Origin: Macrostomum lignano
Lineage: Eukaryota
NCBI GenBank assembly: GCA_002269645.1
Contig: NIVC01001863.1
Coordinates: forward strand, 164,066-228,065
Direction of reading: 5' to 3'
Length of the DNA: 64,000 nucleotides
The notes under the pieces are model-generated. The model saw nothing but the letters and a program-made list of their open reading frames with translations, was not told where the DNA came from and searched no databases. The position numbers and the translations under genes are program-made. This document shows, in pieces, positions 25,875 to 41,427 of this stretch. Numbering within the stretch: the first letter of the stretch is position 1; each line of letters starts with the position of its first letter.

Positions 25875-26568
25875 TGTCATGAATGTGTTATTATGACTGT
25901 GTGTACTTTGCTACTGTGCTACGCCGGGCCAGTTGGCCGTCCTCTCCCCCCTCCTGAGATATTTTCTGACTCACCCACCTGCACTTCTGCGCGTGCGTAC
26001 CCCCCCTCCCTGCCTAGGCCTTTTCCGTTTAGTCAAACCCCCCTTGCTCTGTGTGCGCCCCGTGCGACCCCGCCCCATTCTTTTGTTAGCTTTGCTGCCC
26101 CGCCCCTGTTTGTGATTGGCTGCCAGTCCCAGTCTGCCGTGCTGCGCCCCAGCGATTGGCTGGTACGGCTCATGTTTTTCCTATGCTGATGTCTAAGCCC
26201 CCTTTTCTGCCTTTATCCCGCGCCCTCAACCCCCAGTTTGCTGCCTATTTATTCGGACCCCCTTGAGACCCCATTCTCGTCGTCGTCGTGGCTCCCCGGT
26301 GATAGTGCCAGCGTTAATTGCGATACAAATACAATTAAAAGAATACCGATCAATACTACCACTGCTCTGACGGCGCTGTGTCTTGTTGTACGACCGAAAT
26401 CGCGGCTGGTAAGCCTTCCAATTTGCAAGTCATTTGGGTCTGCCTCTGTACTAGGCACCTTAGGAGGATTAAGTGCGTCGTACGCCGGTCCCACCCCAAG
26501 CAGCTCTGCGTCGTACGCGAGTCTGTAGGCTGTCGTGCGTCGTACGCTCGAGCAGCCTAGTCCCGACA
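25875..26568 (+). repeat. 3' LTR of Gypsy element B (~694 bp)
   Basis: Starts TGTC directly after the polypurine tract, ends GACA directly before the resumed gag of element A; ATTAAA near 26335. Confidence 0.72.
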
Positions 26569-27735
26569 TACACCGCGTCGTACGCGTGTCAGTGGAGGAC
26601 CGCAGCCAGGGTCAGTACGCGAACCCGGGTCTGGGAAAGGGGCACGAAAGGACCGAGCCCTTGAGCCCCATCACCACACTGTCAAAACCGATCCCGCCTA
26701 AAGGAGACAAGAAGTGCCCTCGTTGTGGTGGCAACCAACATCCAAAGACAGCATGTCCAGCTATGGGAAAACCTGCAAGAGGTGCGGTAAGCCAAACCAC
26801 TTTCAAAAGGCATGTCGGTCAAGCGTATCCGGTCAACAGAACTTTGTGCCTCAGGATTCTGCAGAAAAGGAACATTTTGCACACTGACACTGGCAGAGAA
26901 GCGTCGTGCTCTACAGTGAAGATGGCATGTCAAGTAGAAGGCAAAATGCAATCCATAATCTGTCAGATTGACACGGGAGCTTCAGTTTCAGTTCTGTCCA
27001 GCAAGCTGTGGTGGATATTTGGAAAGCCGAAGTTGCAAGGTAGCACCTCGACTTTGGTGGGCTACACTGACGGACACAAATTCGACCAATTCGGTTCACT
27101 GCCTGTCGTCACGGAATGGAAAGGAAGGATAATCAAGATTACGTTTCAAGTAGTACGCTCAAACCGCAACTTTGCATTGCTCGGACGAGATGTCATCAAA
27201 TTCAATCCGGAATGCGTCTCTATCGGACATACATACGCTCGTAGATGAAGGATTCGGTTCCGTTCAAGGCAAGCTTACGATTAGTCGATGGCGCTGTGCA
27301 AAAGTACATCAAAGCAAGGCCTGTGCCATTTGCATTGCGCGAGCGTCTGAAATGCGAGATCGACAAGCTTGTGACTAACGGAGTTAACGATCAGGTTATC
27401 TTTTCGCACTGGGCGTCAATTAACGTAGACAAAATCTCTACCATAAAATAGGAAGATTTTCATGTTCCTTTACTATAAGTAGGCCAGGTAAATAATGGTA
27501 GTAATAGTGATCTATTGATTAAACCGGTAGTTTAAAGTAAAACAAATGTCACAATCCCCACTAAAACGCGCAGCAGTTGCTGTTACAGCTTCAGTGCAAA
27601 AAACGAATACTGCAGTATCCAAAAAAAATAAACTGGAATCATTTTCATGTTCCATGACGGGACATTTCTGGGTGCAGTTTTTTTGCGTCTGCCGGGTTGG
27701 GGGTGCTCGGGCAGGCAGGCAGCGGCAGGCAGGGA

Positions 27736-27768
27736 AAGAAATGAGGAAGTGGGTGGGGAGCGCATCCC
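27736..27768 (+). promoter_or_regulatory. 33-bp upstream block identical between peptide paralogs 2 and 3 (other copy 38527-38559, minus); contains an ETS-type GAGGAAGT core
   Basis: AAGAAATGAGGAAGTGGGTGGGGAGCGCATCCC lies ~340 and ~280 bp upstream of the two ATGs. Regulatory role is inferred. Confidence 0.55.
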
Positions 27769-28106
27769 CACGAATGCCTTTCTGCCCCTGCAGGCCTGAC
27801 CGGGCGAGCTTTCTCTGCTCTGCTGCGCTGGTCCCCTTTTTATCCATTCCTTAGGGAAAATCAATATAGAATTGATAGGATTATGTAGGAAGATTTTTGT
27901 ACAAAGTCGGTCAAACCTTTTTATCGATTTTTAGAAATTTTTTAAAATTTTTAAAAAAAATTTTAAATTTTAAAAAAATTCCTAAATTTTAGGAATTAAA
28001 AAATTTTCTATTTTAAATATTCTACATATTTAATGGAATTATAAAAGAAATGGAAACTTTTTCCGAAAGGCCTCTTCATACCTACAACTCCTTGGCAACT
28101 GCAAGA

Positions 28107-29219
<1,113 letters not shown>

Positions 29220-29411
29220 TGCTGGCTCAGGTTAATTAAACAATGTTGAATTGTTATTTAAACTGTAATTCATAAATAAACTGTTCAACTTTTAACCGAA
29301 ATCTTTGGTGTGCGAAAACTTTTTCGGCTACTCAACTGTCAATAATTTTGCTGTCACCAGATGCTGCATAGATGCTGCAATTTAGTTCCAGTCAGGTAGA
29401 AATTTGAATTA

Positions 29412-30838
29412 CACTCAGCAACATTGAAAAGTGTCCACGTACTGCACAAAAGGCTACACTTGCTGAACGATTAGGGATTGAAAGGTTTTTAACTATGTTT
29501 GGGCCATAGACAATCAAATAAGGCAACAAAGAATGAACAGCGAAACAAGTCCATGCCCATTTCCACGCTGTGTACGTGTCTAAAGCACAGTCAGTAACAG
29601 GTATAGATAGCAACCACGAGCATCCAACAGACCGCTCACTCGTCGAGGCATTCCCGAACAAGGCGCCGCAGAAAGTCTTGTGGAAGCTGTTGCCACGCGA
29701 CTGAAAGCGCATTGCGCAGCTGGACCATGTTCTAGGGATAGAACAACAACAACAACAACAGAGTACGCTGCCAGTTCACAAAAGCAGCGTCAGATGGCGC
29801 GCTTCAAAGCTTGGGCGCGAACAAAAGCCGCACCGCCGGCAGAGTCCGGGGCGCCGGCGTCAGCCAGCAGACAGTCGACGTAGCGCCGAGTCTTCGCCTG
29901 TCCCCGCCGGTAGGGTGCCTGCAACGTAAGTAGCAGCACCTCCTGCACCGGCTCCGGACAGTAGGCCTCGGCGCGGATGACGTGGCCTGCCAGCTGGAGT
30001 CGCCGACGGCGCAGCAGATCGCTAGGACGGGCCAGGCCGGCGCGATGATAGAGCGCCGTGTTGGTGACTCGCTCGTTGCCGATCTTGAAGGCGGCGCGCA
30101 GCAGGCCAGCGTGCGCCGCGTCGACTTGAGCCTCGAACGAGTCTGTCAGCGTCCAGGTCTCGGCGTTGTATAACAGGACGGTCTCGATCACCGCCTGGAA
30201 CAGCGCCGCCCTCTGGCGGTCCGGTAGGGCCTCGGACTGCAGGACTGACCTTATAGAACGAAAGGCAGCCCAAGCAAGTCCTCGGCGACGCCGCAGATCC
30301 TCGCGGACGTCGGGAACCAGACCGCCGAGGTAGACGAACTGCTGACATCTTGGAAGCTCACTCGCCTGTCCGTCAGCGCCTCGGCAGAAGATTGCAGCCT
30401 CGGTGTCGTCCGGCACGCATAGCACGACGGTCTTCTGCGTGTTGACCACCAGGCCGACGCTCGCCGCAACGGCAACCAGCCTATCCAGCTGTCGTTGGGC
30501 GCCCTCGTTGGGATAGAGATTGTTGCAGCAGATCGTGCGCTTCAGGAAATCCCACACATGCTCAATCGAGTTCATATCCGGTGATCTGGACGGCCAACGC
30601 AGAGTGCGCCAATCAGTCATTTAGCGGACTATCGTTGTCACCTGCGTCCAGATGCCTCCAGTAAACCCCTGTACACTCGTTCCTGTAACGCTTTTCCATG
30701 TGACACCAGATATCGGTCTTTACTTTCCTGCCCTTTTTGCTCATTTGTCTATAGCCCAAAACCAATTGGCGAAACCATCGATCTTGCTGCCCATGGACCC
30801 TTGGCGCAAAAGTGGACACTTTTAAATGTTGCTGAGTG
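29412..30838 (-). mobile_element. Tc1/mariner non-autonomous element with 27-bp TIRs and TA TSD, interrupted by an RTE LINE
   Basis: TA|CACTCAGCAACATTGAAAAGTGTCCAC ... GTGGACACTTTTAAATGTTGCTGAGTG|TA (26/27). Transposase C-terminus WPSRSPDMNSIEHVWDFLKR...QLRNALSVAWQQLPQDFLRRLVRGMPRRV. Confidence 0.9.
29743..30509 (-). mobile_element. 5'-truncated RTE-clade LINE with (GTT)n tail and 8-bp TSD GGGATAGA
   Basis: RT C-terminal motifs VGLVVNTQKT, FVYLGG, RRRGLAWAAF, LLYNAETWTLT; TSD at 29735-29742 and 30510-30517. Confidence 0.88.
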
Positions 30839-31129
30839 TATATGGTTAATAGGCTCTTCTAGCAATCAAGTCTCACCCTATACAGACTGCTATGGCATGT
30901 AATCAACATTTTGGTTATTTAAAATGAACATAAATTGTGTCAGAGCCATTACTGTTAAATGGCGAACGATAATGCAGCAAATTAATGTAGTAAAGTTACT
31001 TCAGTGAATCCAGCGGTCAGTAAACAGGTGATAGCCAAAGTAGTAGGAAAGTGGTCCCCTTTACCGCCATCGCACCGGATTGGCCGGGGCACCCAGCCAA
31101 TGAGGGGAGACGGCCCCCCAAAGACGCCC

Positions 31130-31605
31130 ACCCCGACCCCGAACCCACCACCGCCACGCACCCTACCCCGACCCCAAACCAACCACCGCCACGCACCCAC
31201 CCCGACCCCAAACCTACCACCGCCACGCACCCACCCCGACCCCAAACCTACCACCGCCACGCACCCACCCCGACCCCAAACCTACCACCGCCACGCACCC
31301 ACCCCGACCCCAAACCCACCACCGCCACGCACCCACCCCGACCCCAAACCTACCACCGCCACGCACCCACCCCGACCCCAAACCTACCACCGCCACGCAC
31401 CCACCCCGACCCCAAACCGGGCCCCTCCTGTCCTGCACCCCGTGCATCCCATACCAAGGCCCCTCCTGTCCTGCACCCCATCCCATACCAAGGCCCCTCC
31501 TGTCCTGCACCCCATCCCATACCAAGGCCCCTCCTGTCCTGCACCCCATCCCATACCAAGGCCCCTCCTGTCCTGCACCCCGTGCATCCCATCCCATCCC
31601 ATACC
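31130..31605. repeat. Subterminal tandem repeats of the Polinton left end
   Basis: CCCCGACCCCAAACCTACCACCGCCACGCACC-type units, then CCATACCAAGGCCCCTCCTGTCCTGCACCCCATC-type units. Confidence 0.88.
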
Positions 31606-31652
31606 AATACTGTAGTCAGACAGTATCCGATGACATATTAGCTCACTACTCA

Positions 31653-34600
31653 GTGTGCCCAATTATTCCAACTTTATTTTCTGATGAACCATGTCGATTC
31701 CAATTAATTAAAGAAGCATTTTTCGGCCAGTCGCGACTCTATCGGCGAATCGTTGCCGGCGATCCCATCGACGCCCTGGAGTCATCCATTGCTTCAGGCA
31801 CAGAACTCCTGGCAGATCTGCGTTCAAAACCAGGCTTTGCCATCAAGGTGCAAATCCGACTCGGTGTGTCTATGCAGCGTTGGGCTGGTGGCCGTTTTGT
31901 GGCGCAGAGCACAGCCTGGTTTGCCAGTGAAACGGCCGAAGTCCTTTCAGATGAGGAAGAAGATTTCTTTGTTCGGGAAATCCCATTTATTTTGGAACGA
32001 CTGAGCAAATACCTTCGCAATGGCAGTGGGTGGACAATTGACTCCACTCGCTGCGTAGATCTTTCCATTGTAAGATATCAGTTGCCTCATGGCTCAGGTA
32101 TAAGTCCAACTCATTTGAACTTCCACCAAAGCTAAAGGCTAAAAGGGCAGTCATGAATGCCTACTCCAGTGGAAACGACTGTCTGAAATATGCCGTTCTG
32201 TCTGCATTGCACGCAGACCGTGTCAGCAGTGAGAAGCCTTTGCGACGCTCCACTTTCCGTGAGTGGGAAGACGAACTCCGTTGGGACAATGTTCCTTTCC
32301 CTGCCAACATGAATGATCTGGGCCGAGTGGAGAAGAACAATCCAGGATTGGCCATCTCGGCCTTCAAATGGACTAACGGCCATGCCCAGTGCGACTTCAG
32401 GAATGGCGACCTCACCGATTGAATTGATCCTGCTTCTATTGGTTACCACTGATGCCGGCAACCATTGGTGTGTGCTATTGCTAACCTAGATCGTCTAATG
32501 AACAGTCACGACGCACATAAATATCGTTGGTGCGATCGCTGTCTAGGCAAGTTCCGGACGGTTGAGTCTCTATCCGTTCATAGACGGCGGTGCATGGGCC
32601 GTAAGGATAGCATGGAGGAGGTGATGCCAAAGGATAAAACACTGAGATTCAAGGCATGGCACAAAACACTCTCCCCACCTCATGTCATCTATGCAGATTT
32701 TGAAGCAATGATGTCCCCCATAAACGATGAGCTAGATGGCTGTGCTACCTTTAAGACCACACACCACCTACCAGCCGCTGCCGGATTCCTTATTGTCCAA
32801 AGAAGTGACGTAGCTGGGCCTCCCTCCACTCTCCGAACGTCCTATGTATGCAACTGTTTTCAAAGTCGGGTGAGTGCATGATGCACTTCCTACAGGCACT
32901 TGATGCTGTCGCCATTGCAGCATACAAGTGGAATGCGCGACATAGTCATTACCCTGCCATTCGCTCTGTCCAGGAGGAAGAGCAGTTCCAGACTGCCACT
33001 CATTGCTGCTTGTGCGAGAAAGCTCTTGTTGACGATCGCCACTTCCATCATGATCATCTCAATGGCAAGTTTTTGGGTGCTGCATGCCCGTCATTTTATG
33101 AGTCAGCTGTTCTCAAGCGCGACTTTCTTCCAATCTTTTTTTCATAATTTCCGAGGTTATGATTCACACTTGTTGTGCAGCACAGTGATCGGTCGTATGA
33201 AACATTGGGAACTAAGTGTCATTGCACAAACAAAGGAGCGCTACATGACTCTAGAGTCCCGTATACCTATTGAGTCGGTTTATGACTTATCTAAAGATCG
33301 TTTGGTGCCGAAATTCATGCGTCTGCGTTTTCTCGACTCTTTCCAGTTCATGGCGTCGAGTCTTGCTCAATTAGTGCGCAATCTAACCCCGGTAGACTGT
33401 CACTACACGTTGGAGATGCAGCAGCGATATCCACTCGCCTCCACCGAAGTCCTACTGCGGAAGGGGGTGTTCCCCTATTCCTATGCCACTAGCGATTCGA
33501 ATTTAGATGAGCAGCAGCTCCCATCCCAAGAAGCTTTTGCCAACGACTTGAACAATGAGCCGTGCAACGATCAGGACTATGCAACTGCCCAGTGTGCCTG
33601 GAGAGAGTTTGGGTGTAACACACTGCGTGATTACATGCTTGCATACCTTGAAATGGACATTCGCCATCTCGCTCATGTGTTCGAGGCCTTTCGTCGAATG
33701 AGCCTCACTTCGGATGGGGTAGACCCAGTGCATTTTATAACGACGCCGGGAATGTCTTTCGAAGCAGCGCTTAAGTACTGTAAACTGGAGCTTGAATTGC
33801 TGCAATGTCCAGAGTTGTACAGCTTATTTGAAGAGGGTACTCGTGGTGGTATGACATTTGTCAACACATATAAAGCCAATGCCAACCATCCCGGACTCGG
33901 TGAGCTGTATGATTCACATCAACCTCAAAGCTATCTTATCCCTATTGACGCCAACAACCTCTACGGACACGCCTTGTCCACCAAACTGCCATGGTGCGGG
34001 TTCCAAGTGCTTGACACTGTGCCACCAAACGGTGAGGTTGAGAGTTGGATCAGGGATGAGTTTGACCCAGAAGGGGATGTTGGGTACTTGCTAAAGGTTG
34101 ATCTCCGTTGCCCTCCGGAGTTGCACGACAAGACATCAGACTTGCCCCTTGCTCCAGAGAAGGCGCAGCCTCAGTGGGAATGGATGCCGCCGCATCAGCA
34201 GCAGCTCTGGGAACTACTATCTAGTCAGAGGATCTCTTGTGGAGGATATAATTCAGGAGGCGACAAGTTGATGTTGACATGCTTTGATAAAACCAACTAT
34301 GTTGTACACGCCAGAATCCTACAGTTTTATCTCTGTCTAGGTCTTAGGCTGCGTACTGTCCACTGCATTGTTCGCTTTCAGCAAGCAGCAGTGCTCGAGC
34401 CTTACATTCAGCGTAATAGTGAGCGGCGTGCACAAGCCAAAAGTGAGTTTGAAAAGGATTATAATAAGCTGCTGAACAACTTTCTGTTTGGGAAGACCAT
34501 GGAGAACGTGCGCAATCGCGTTGACTACCGCCTGGTCAACTCAGCAGAGAAGTTGGAGAAGCTCGCAGCGAAACCTAACTTTGAAGATCAACAGATATTT

Positions 34601-35392
34601 AATGAGAATCTTGTTCTGGTCCACATGCGTACGACAACAGTCGAGCTCAACAAACCAGTGTACATCTGGCAATGTGTCCTTGATAACAGCAAGCTCATTA
34701 TGTACAGCTTGTGGTATGATAAACTGCTTCCGCTGGTCAATCAGTTACAGTGTGCGAGCCTCAGTCTGCTCGGCGGTGACACTGACTCCTTCTTCCTCCA
34801 CTTAAAGAATGCTGGTGGCGAGCGATGGTTTCTACCTGAACTGTGCGAAATGGAGCTGCTGGACACCTCTAATTATCCCAAGGACCACTGCTTGTATAGT
34901 TGCAAACGCAAAGCAAGGTTAGGCTGTGTAAAGGATGAGAGCGATGGCACAGCGAACTTTTATAAGTGGATCCTGTTGCGTCCCAAGCTCTATTCCTTTG
35001 CTGCAGTAAACTCCTCCAAGGACAAGCGTCGTGCTAAGGGTGTGCAGCGATCTGTAGTGCAAAATGAAATCTGCCACGCCGACTACTGCGAAACTTTGAT
35101 GAAAATGGAAGAAAAGTCCTGGCTGACGCGTCGTATTGCCTGTGAGCATCATGAGTTGTTCACCACTGCCACCTTGAAACGCGCACTCTCGTTTTGGGAG
35201 GACAAGAGGGCATGGCTCGCGGCAAATCAGAGCCTACCCTACGGCCACTGGCGTCTAGAGGCAGAGAAGCGAAAGCGACCCTGCCCGTTTGACAACAATG
35301 TAGAATTTCATGCACTCATTCGTGTAAAAATGAAATACTTCAAATACATGTATTTTGTGCAAAAGTATGTAAGTTTTCGTGCACAGTGTTAA
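31653..35392 (+). pseudogene. Protein-primed family B DNA polymerase (pPolB) with endonuclease-VII-like segment; several frameshifts in the 5' half
   Basis: NGSGWTI; NDCLKYAVLSALH; HVIYADFEAM (ExoI); CCLCEK..HHDHLNGKFLGAAC; HNFRGYDSH (ExoII); IDANNLYGHAL; KLLNNFLFGKTMEN; GGDTDS; KGV. Reading moves across ORFs 31653, 32153, 32465, 32848 and 32900. Confidence 0.88.
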
Positions 35393-35639
35393 AAAAGTAT
35401 GCAAAGTGTCGAGGTTTTTCGTGCACACACTCGGGTAAAAATTCCCATTGAAATACATGTATTTTGTGCAAAAATGCACGATTTTTCGTGCACAACAAGA
35501 GGCTAGAAACGCTAAGTCCGCAGAAATGGGTGGGGGTTGGTAGTTTTTTTTCAAGCCGGGTGTTTGGCATAAGAAAATGATAGGTACTAGAAATTTGGCA
35601 AAATGAAAAAGAAAAAGACGATGTCCAACCTTCTCTGCC

Positions 35640-36384
35640 AGGTATTTATTTTCTCAATCCGGCAGTATCTGCTAAACCAAATCAGCCTGCAGGTCAAATT
35701 GACCCGGCATTGCAGCGCTTTTTCGTTGATGGTACCCAATAATGGAGTTCAATACCGTGTTGAAGTCGACAATGCTGTTCTGCTTTTGAGGCGTCTCCGA
35801 GTAAGCCCAACAGTGGCTCTCGCTCATGAACAGGGGCTCTCACAGCGTAATGCTCTCTACCACTTTGATAGAAGAGAGCTTCAGACATTCACATTTTCCG
35901 TTGGGACAAGAAACAAGAGTCTCGATTCAATCACGCATGGTCAGCTGCCAAAATTTGTGCTCCTTGGAATGGTCAGCCAGACAGCTTTCAATGGATCTCT
36001 GCACCACAACCCGTTTTGGTTCCAAGCATTTGGGTTGAATAGTTTAAGCCTGTTTGTCAATGGAGAGCCAATACGGGGCAGCCCATAGAACCACAGCAGC
36101 AGCACTCATCCGAATTTTTGCAGTTTGCCCGCAGTCTCGGTGGAAACTATTGCCTGAGCTTTGATGAATTTCGAAATAGTGCCTATCTGCTTGCGTTTGA
36201 CCTTAGTCCAAGTGGCGATGAAGTAGGCAGCTGGTTTGGTCATAGGCAGGGTCAACTACGACTGGATATTCGCTTTTCCAACTCTCTCGCACAGCCAGTC
36301 ACACTCATCTGCTTGTGCGTGTATGATTCATGCATGGAAATCATTAAAGAGAGAGATGTGCTGCTGGATTATCGCAGAGCATGA
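35640..36384 (+). pseudogene. Polinton major capsid protein, C-terminal half (frameshift near 36090)
   Basis: LRRLRVSPTVALAHE..AxYHFDRRE..GQLPKFVLLGMV..AFNG...NPFWF..FGL..L.LFVNG and LLAFDLSP..GQLRLDIRF..LICLCVYD..EI resemble Polinton double-jelly-roll capsids (recognition from memory). Confidence 0.7.
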
Positions 36385-36515
36385 ATTCCGAAGAGTTGGA
36401 AGCGTTCATTTCTCGCTGCCCCACAGCTGTGCGGGATGCCTATTGCGGAATTTTTACAGTTGGAACAGTGACACCATTCTTCGATTCAACCTGCCGACCC
36501 TGCTGCTTCATTTTG
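36381..36515 (+). pseudogene. Putative adenain-like Polinton protease N-terminus, truncated
   Basis: ATG overlaps the capsid TGA (ATGA). MNSEELEAF..AYCGIF..RPCCFIL resembles the MNxxQL..FxGVF..PxxxIxN start of Polinton proteases. Catalytic residues are absent. Confidence 0.45.
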
Positions 36516-37289
36516 TATGAGCCATGGAATGATGAGTGCGGTGGTGGTGGCGGATGAGTGCGGCGGTGGTGGGTTCGGGGTCGGGGTGGGCGTCTTCGGG
36601 GGGCCGTCTTCCCTCATTGGCCGGGTGCCTCGGCCAATCCGGTGCGATGACGGTGGAGGGGACCACTTTCCTACTACTAGCCAAGATAAAGAAAATTGCG
36701 GCACAACGTACTACATTGCCAAAATGCTGGTTGGCCTCATCTGACAAACTTAGTTCTATTGTTTAGTCTATGGCCTGACCTTCAGCTGTGTACACAGCCT
36801 GCCTTACCTAGCCGCTATAAGTACTGTCTATGGCCAGGACCCACACAGAAGTCCTGGTTTTCAGTAGAAAGCTTCAGCTGGGAAGGAGTGTTTTAAACTT
36901 CACTCTTAAATTTGTTCACGGCACGAATTGTTCCATATGCAGTCAACAAAGGGAGTGACGTGAACTTTGGTTGGTCATGTGGATCATTCATTTGCATCTG
37001 CGCACTGTTGTCCATGGTAAAGAAGTAGTAGGAGCCCCGAGCATTTGGGATTTCGGCCCACAGCGAGTGGGTTCAACATCAGTGTTAAACACTGACCTGC
37101 GGGGGCAGAAAGCCTACTGCAAATTTACTGCCGAGTTGCTTATCGAATGCAAAATTGGTTTGGAAAGCGCATCAATTTCGTGAGACTGAGCACTTGATGG
37201 GTGCCGAAACAGCCAAGCAGTTTATTTATCAGTTCAACAATTCAACAATTTCGCAACTGCCACATCTGCACTGTCAGTATCCATGGGAT

Positions 37290-38248
<959 letters not shown>

Positions 38249-39410
38249 TCTTGCAGTTTCCAAGGATTTATAGTAGGTAAAGAGTTAATTTTTTTACTTC
38301 TTTCATAGTGTCATTCATTGGATCTATAATATATATATCCATAATATATGCCCAAAGAAATTGATAATACCTGTGAATTTTGCAGAAAAATTATTCTCTA
38401 AACTCTATAAATTCTTTATTGATTATTCCCAACCAAATAGATAAAAATGGGACCAGCTCAGGCGATCAGGGAGAATCTCAGGCAGAACCACAGAACTGCT
38501 GGGCAGAACAGCTAATGCTACTCATAGGGATGCGCTCCCCACCCACTTCCTCATTTCTTCCCCTGCAGTGTTATTTATGCTACATTAGAGAATCCACAAA
38601 GGTAGGTATATTAAAAAGTAGGCATAATGCTGGTGCATGGCATTGTACCCGTCTCTCCGCCTGTCTGCCTGCCGAGCCAGCAGAGGTTGTATCGATTTGT
38701 CTGACTGATCCGTAGGCTTTTGAAACGGTTACAAGACGAATGACACGCATTTGTGCCATGCTGCAAGTTTGGCTCCAGGCGGGTAAATAGTTTAAATTCA
38801 ATGGTTAAAAGTACAATCAAATCACAAATGCTTTTCGAGGACAAGGTTGTAATATAATAGATCTGGCTCCAACTTCTGTACTTTCCCATCCCAAGTATTG
38901 AGTTGTCACGGAAGGAAAATCATTATGTCAGAGCCGTTACTGTCGAATGACAAACGGTGGTTCAGTAAATTGATTTCAAAATTGTTTCTAGATATTCTGG
39001 CGGCAGTTTCATTCAAAATGAACCAATCAATTTTGACTTAAATATTTTGAAACGGAAATGCTTTTAATTAGCTGTTAAAAGTCCGAAAAAGCATTTAATG
39101 GAGTGCATTCAAATGCTGCAGGATTTTAGACTCCGCTGGTTGCTCTCTGAGTAGCGGATTTTGAATTCGAGTATCCAGTACAGTAATTTTATTATCAATG
39201 CAGAATGACACCAAGATGGTAAATAATTATCAAGGCAGCTAGTCTAATTATTGTTGCAGGAATAAAATTAGTTTATCAGTATATTAATACTATATATTTA
39301 TGTCTACACTGGTACAATATTGTAGTGCATGCGCCCTTGTCAGTTGGCAGTGCGCGTTGCACTTTGGGGCTGGCTAGGGGGGTTGGCGGGGGTGGCAGGG
39401 TCTGGCCTGC

Positions 39411-41041
<1,631 letters not shown>

Positions 41042-41427
41042 ATTAGCATACTAGGGAGTACTAATTAATGACTGCTATAATTTGAAGGCTTTGTAAGGTT
41101 TGATGAAAATGAAGAACTAGGCGGTGGTTAAATACTGTATTAACTTTTACTAGTATAAATTCTATGCTTAAGATTTAAAAGTAAAAAAACATTTAATTGT
41201 ATTGAAGAAATTTCTGGAAAAAAATTTAAGACCACTAAAAAAACAAAAAAGAATTCTCTGGAAGTTTCTAAAAATATCATTAAAAGAGTCATTCTTTGGG
41301 CAGCTGTAAACGGCCTTGCATCGGAGGGGGAGACAAAATGAGACCGATCCGAATCCAATGCACTTTTCTTTTCAGTCGTTGCCCCAGTTGTATTTTATTT
41401 GTCTGCGTGTAGTAAGCCTCAGACATT

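Larger units (their letters stand above)
23242..26568 (+). mobile_element. Gypsy LTR retrotransposon B, 5'-deleted: integrase C-half, extra DnaJ-chromodomain ORF, PPT and 3' LTR
   Basis: Integrase TTAYHPSGNGQVERFN..WEEYLPSALMAYRST..TGYTPY ending RPRRLRRPPDRF* at 24295; PPT AGGGGGAGGGAG 25863-25874; LTR TGTC..GACA 25875-26568. Confidence 0.82.
22501..27420 (+). mobile_element. Gypsy (Mag-like) LTR retrotransposon A, fragmented: LTR 3' end and PBS (~22657-22671), gag N-terminus (22840-23241), then gag zinc knuckles, protease and RT start (26569-27420), split by element B
   Basis: ACAACA-G-TGGCGTCGCAGC LTR/PBS junction; gag motifs ERYAFQ..ESIRAFAERL..KCAF..LQDQFI; CPRCGGNQH..CPA..C..CGKPNHF (frameshifted); protease IDTGASVS; RT start ARPVPFALRERLKCEIDKL. 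Confidence 0.8.
31039..36678 (+). mobile_element. Polinton/Maverick deletion derivative (5.64 kb) with ~117-bp TIRs, AGTAGTAGG termini and 6-bp TSD AGCCAA
   Basis: TSD at 31033-31038 and 36679-36684. TIRs ~31039-31155 and ~36562-36678. Contains pPolB, the major capsid protein C-half and a protease N-terminus. Confidence 0.9.

Noticed and set aside
29790-30620. 276-aa ORF as one protein
   Set aside because: Chimera of a Tc1 transposase stub and an RTE reverse-transcriptase tail, delimited by the GGGATAGA TSD.
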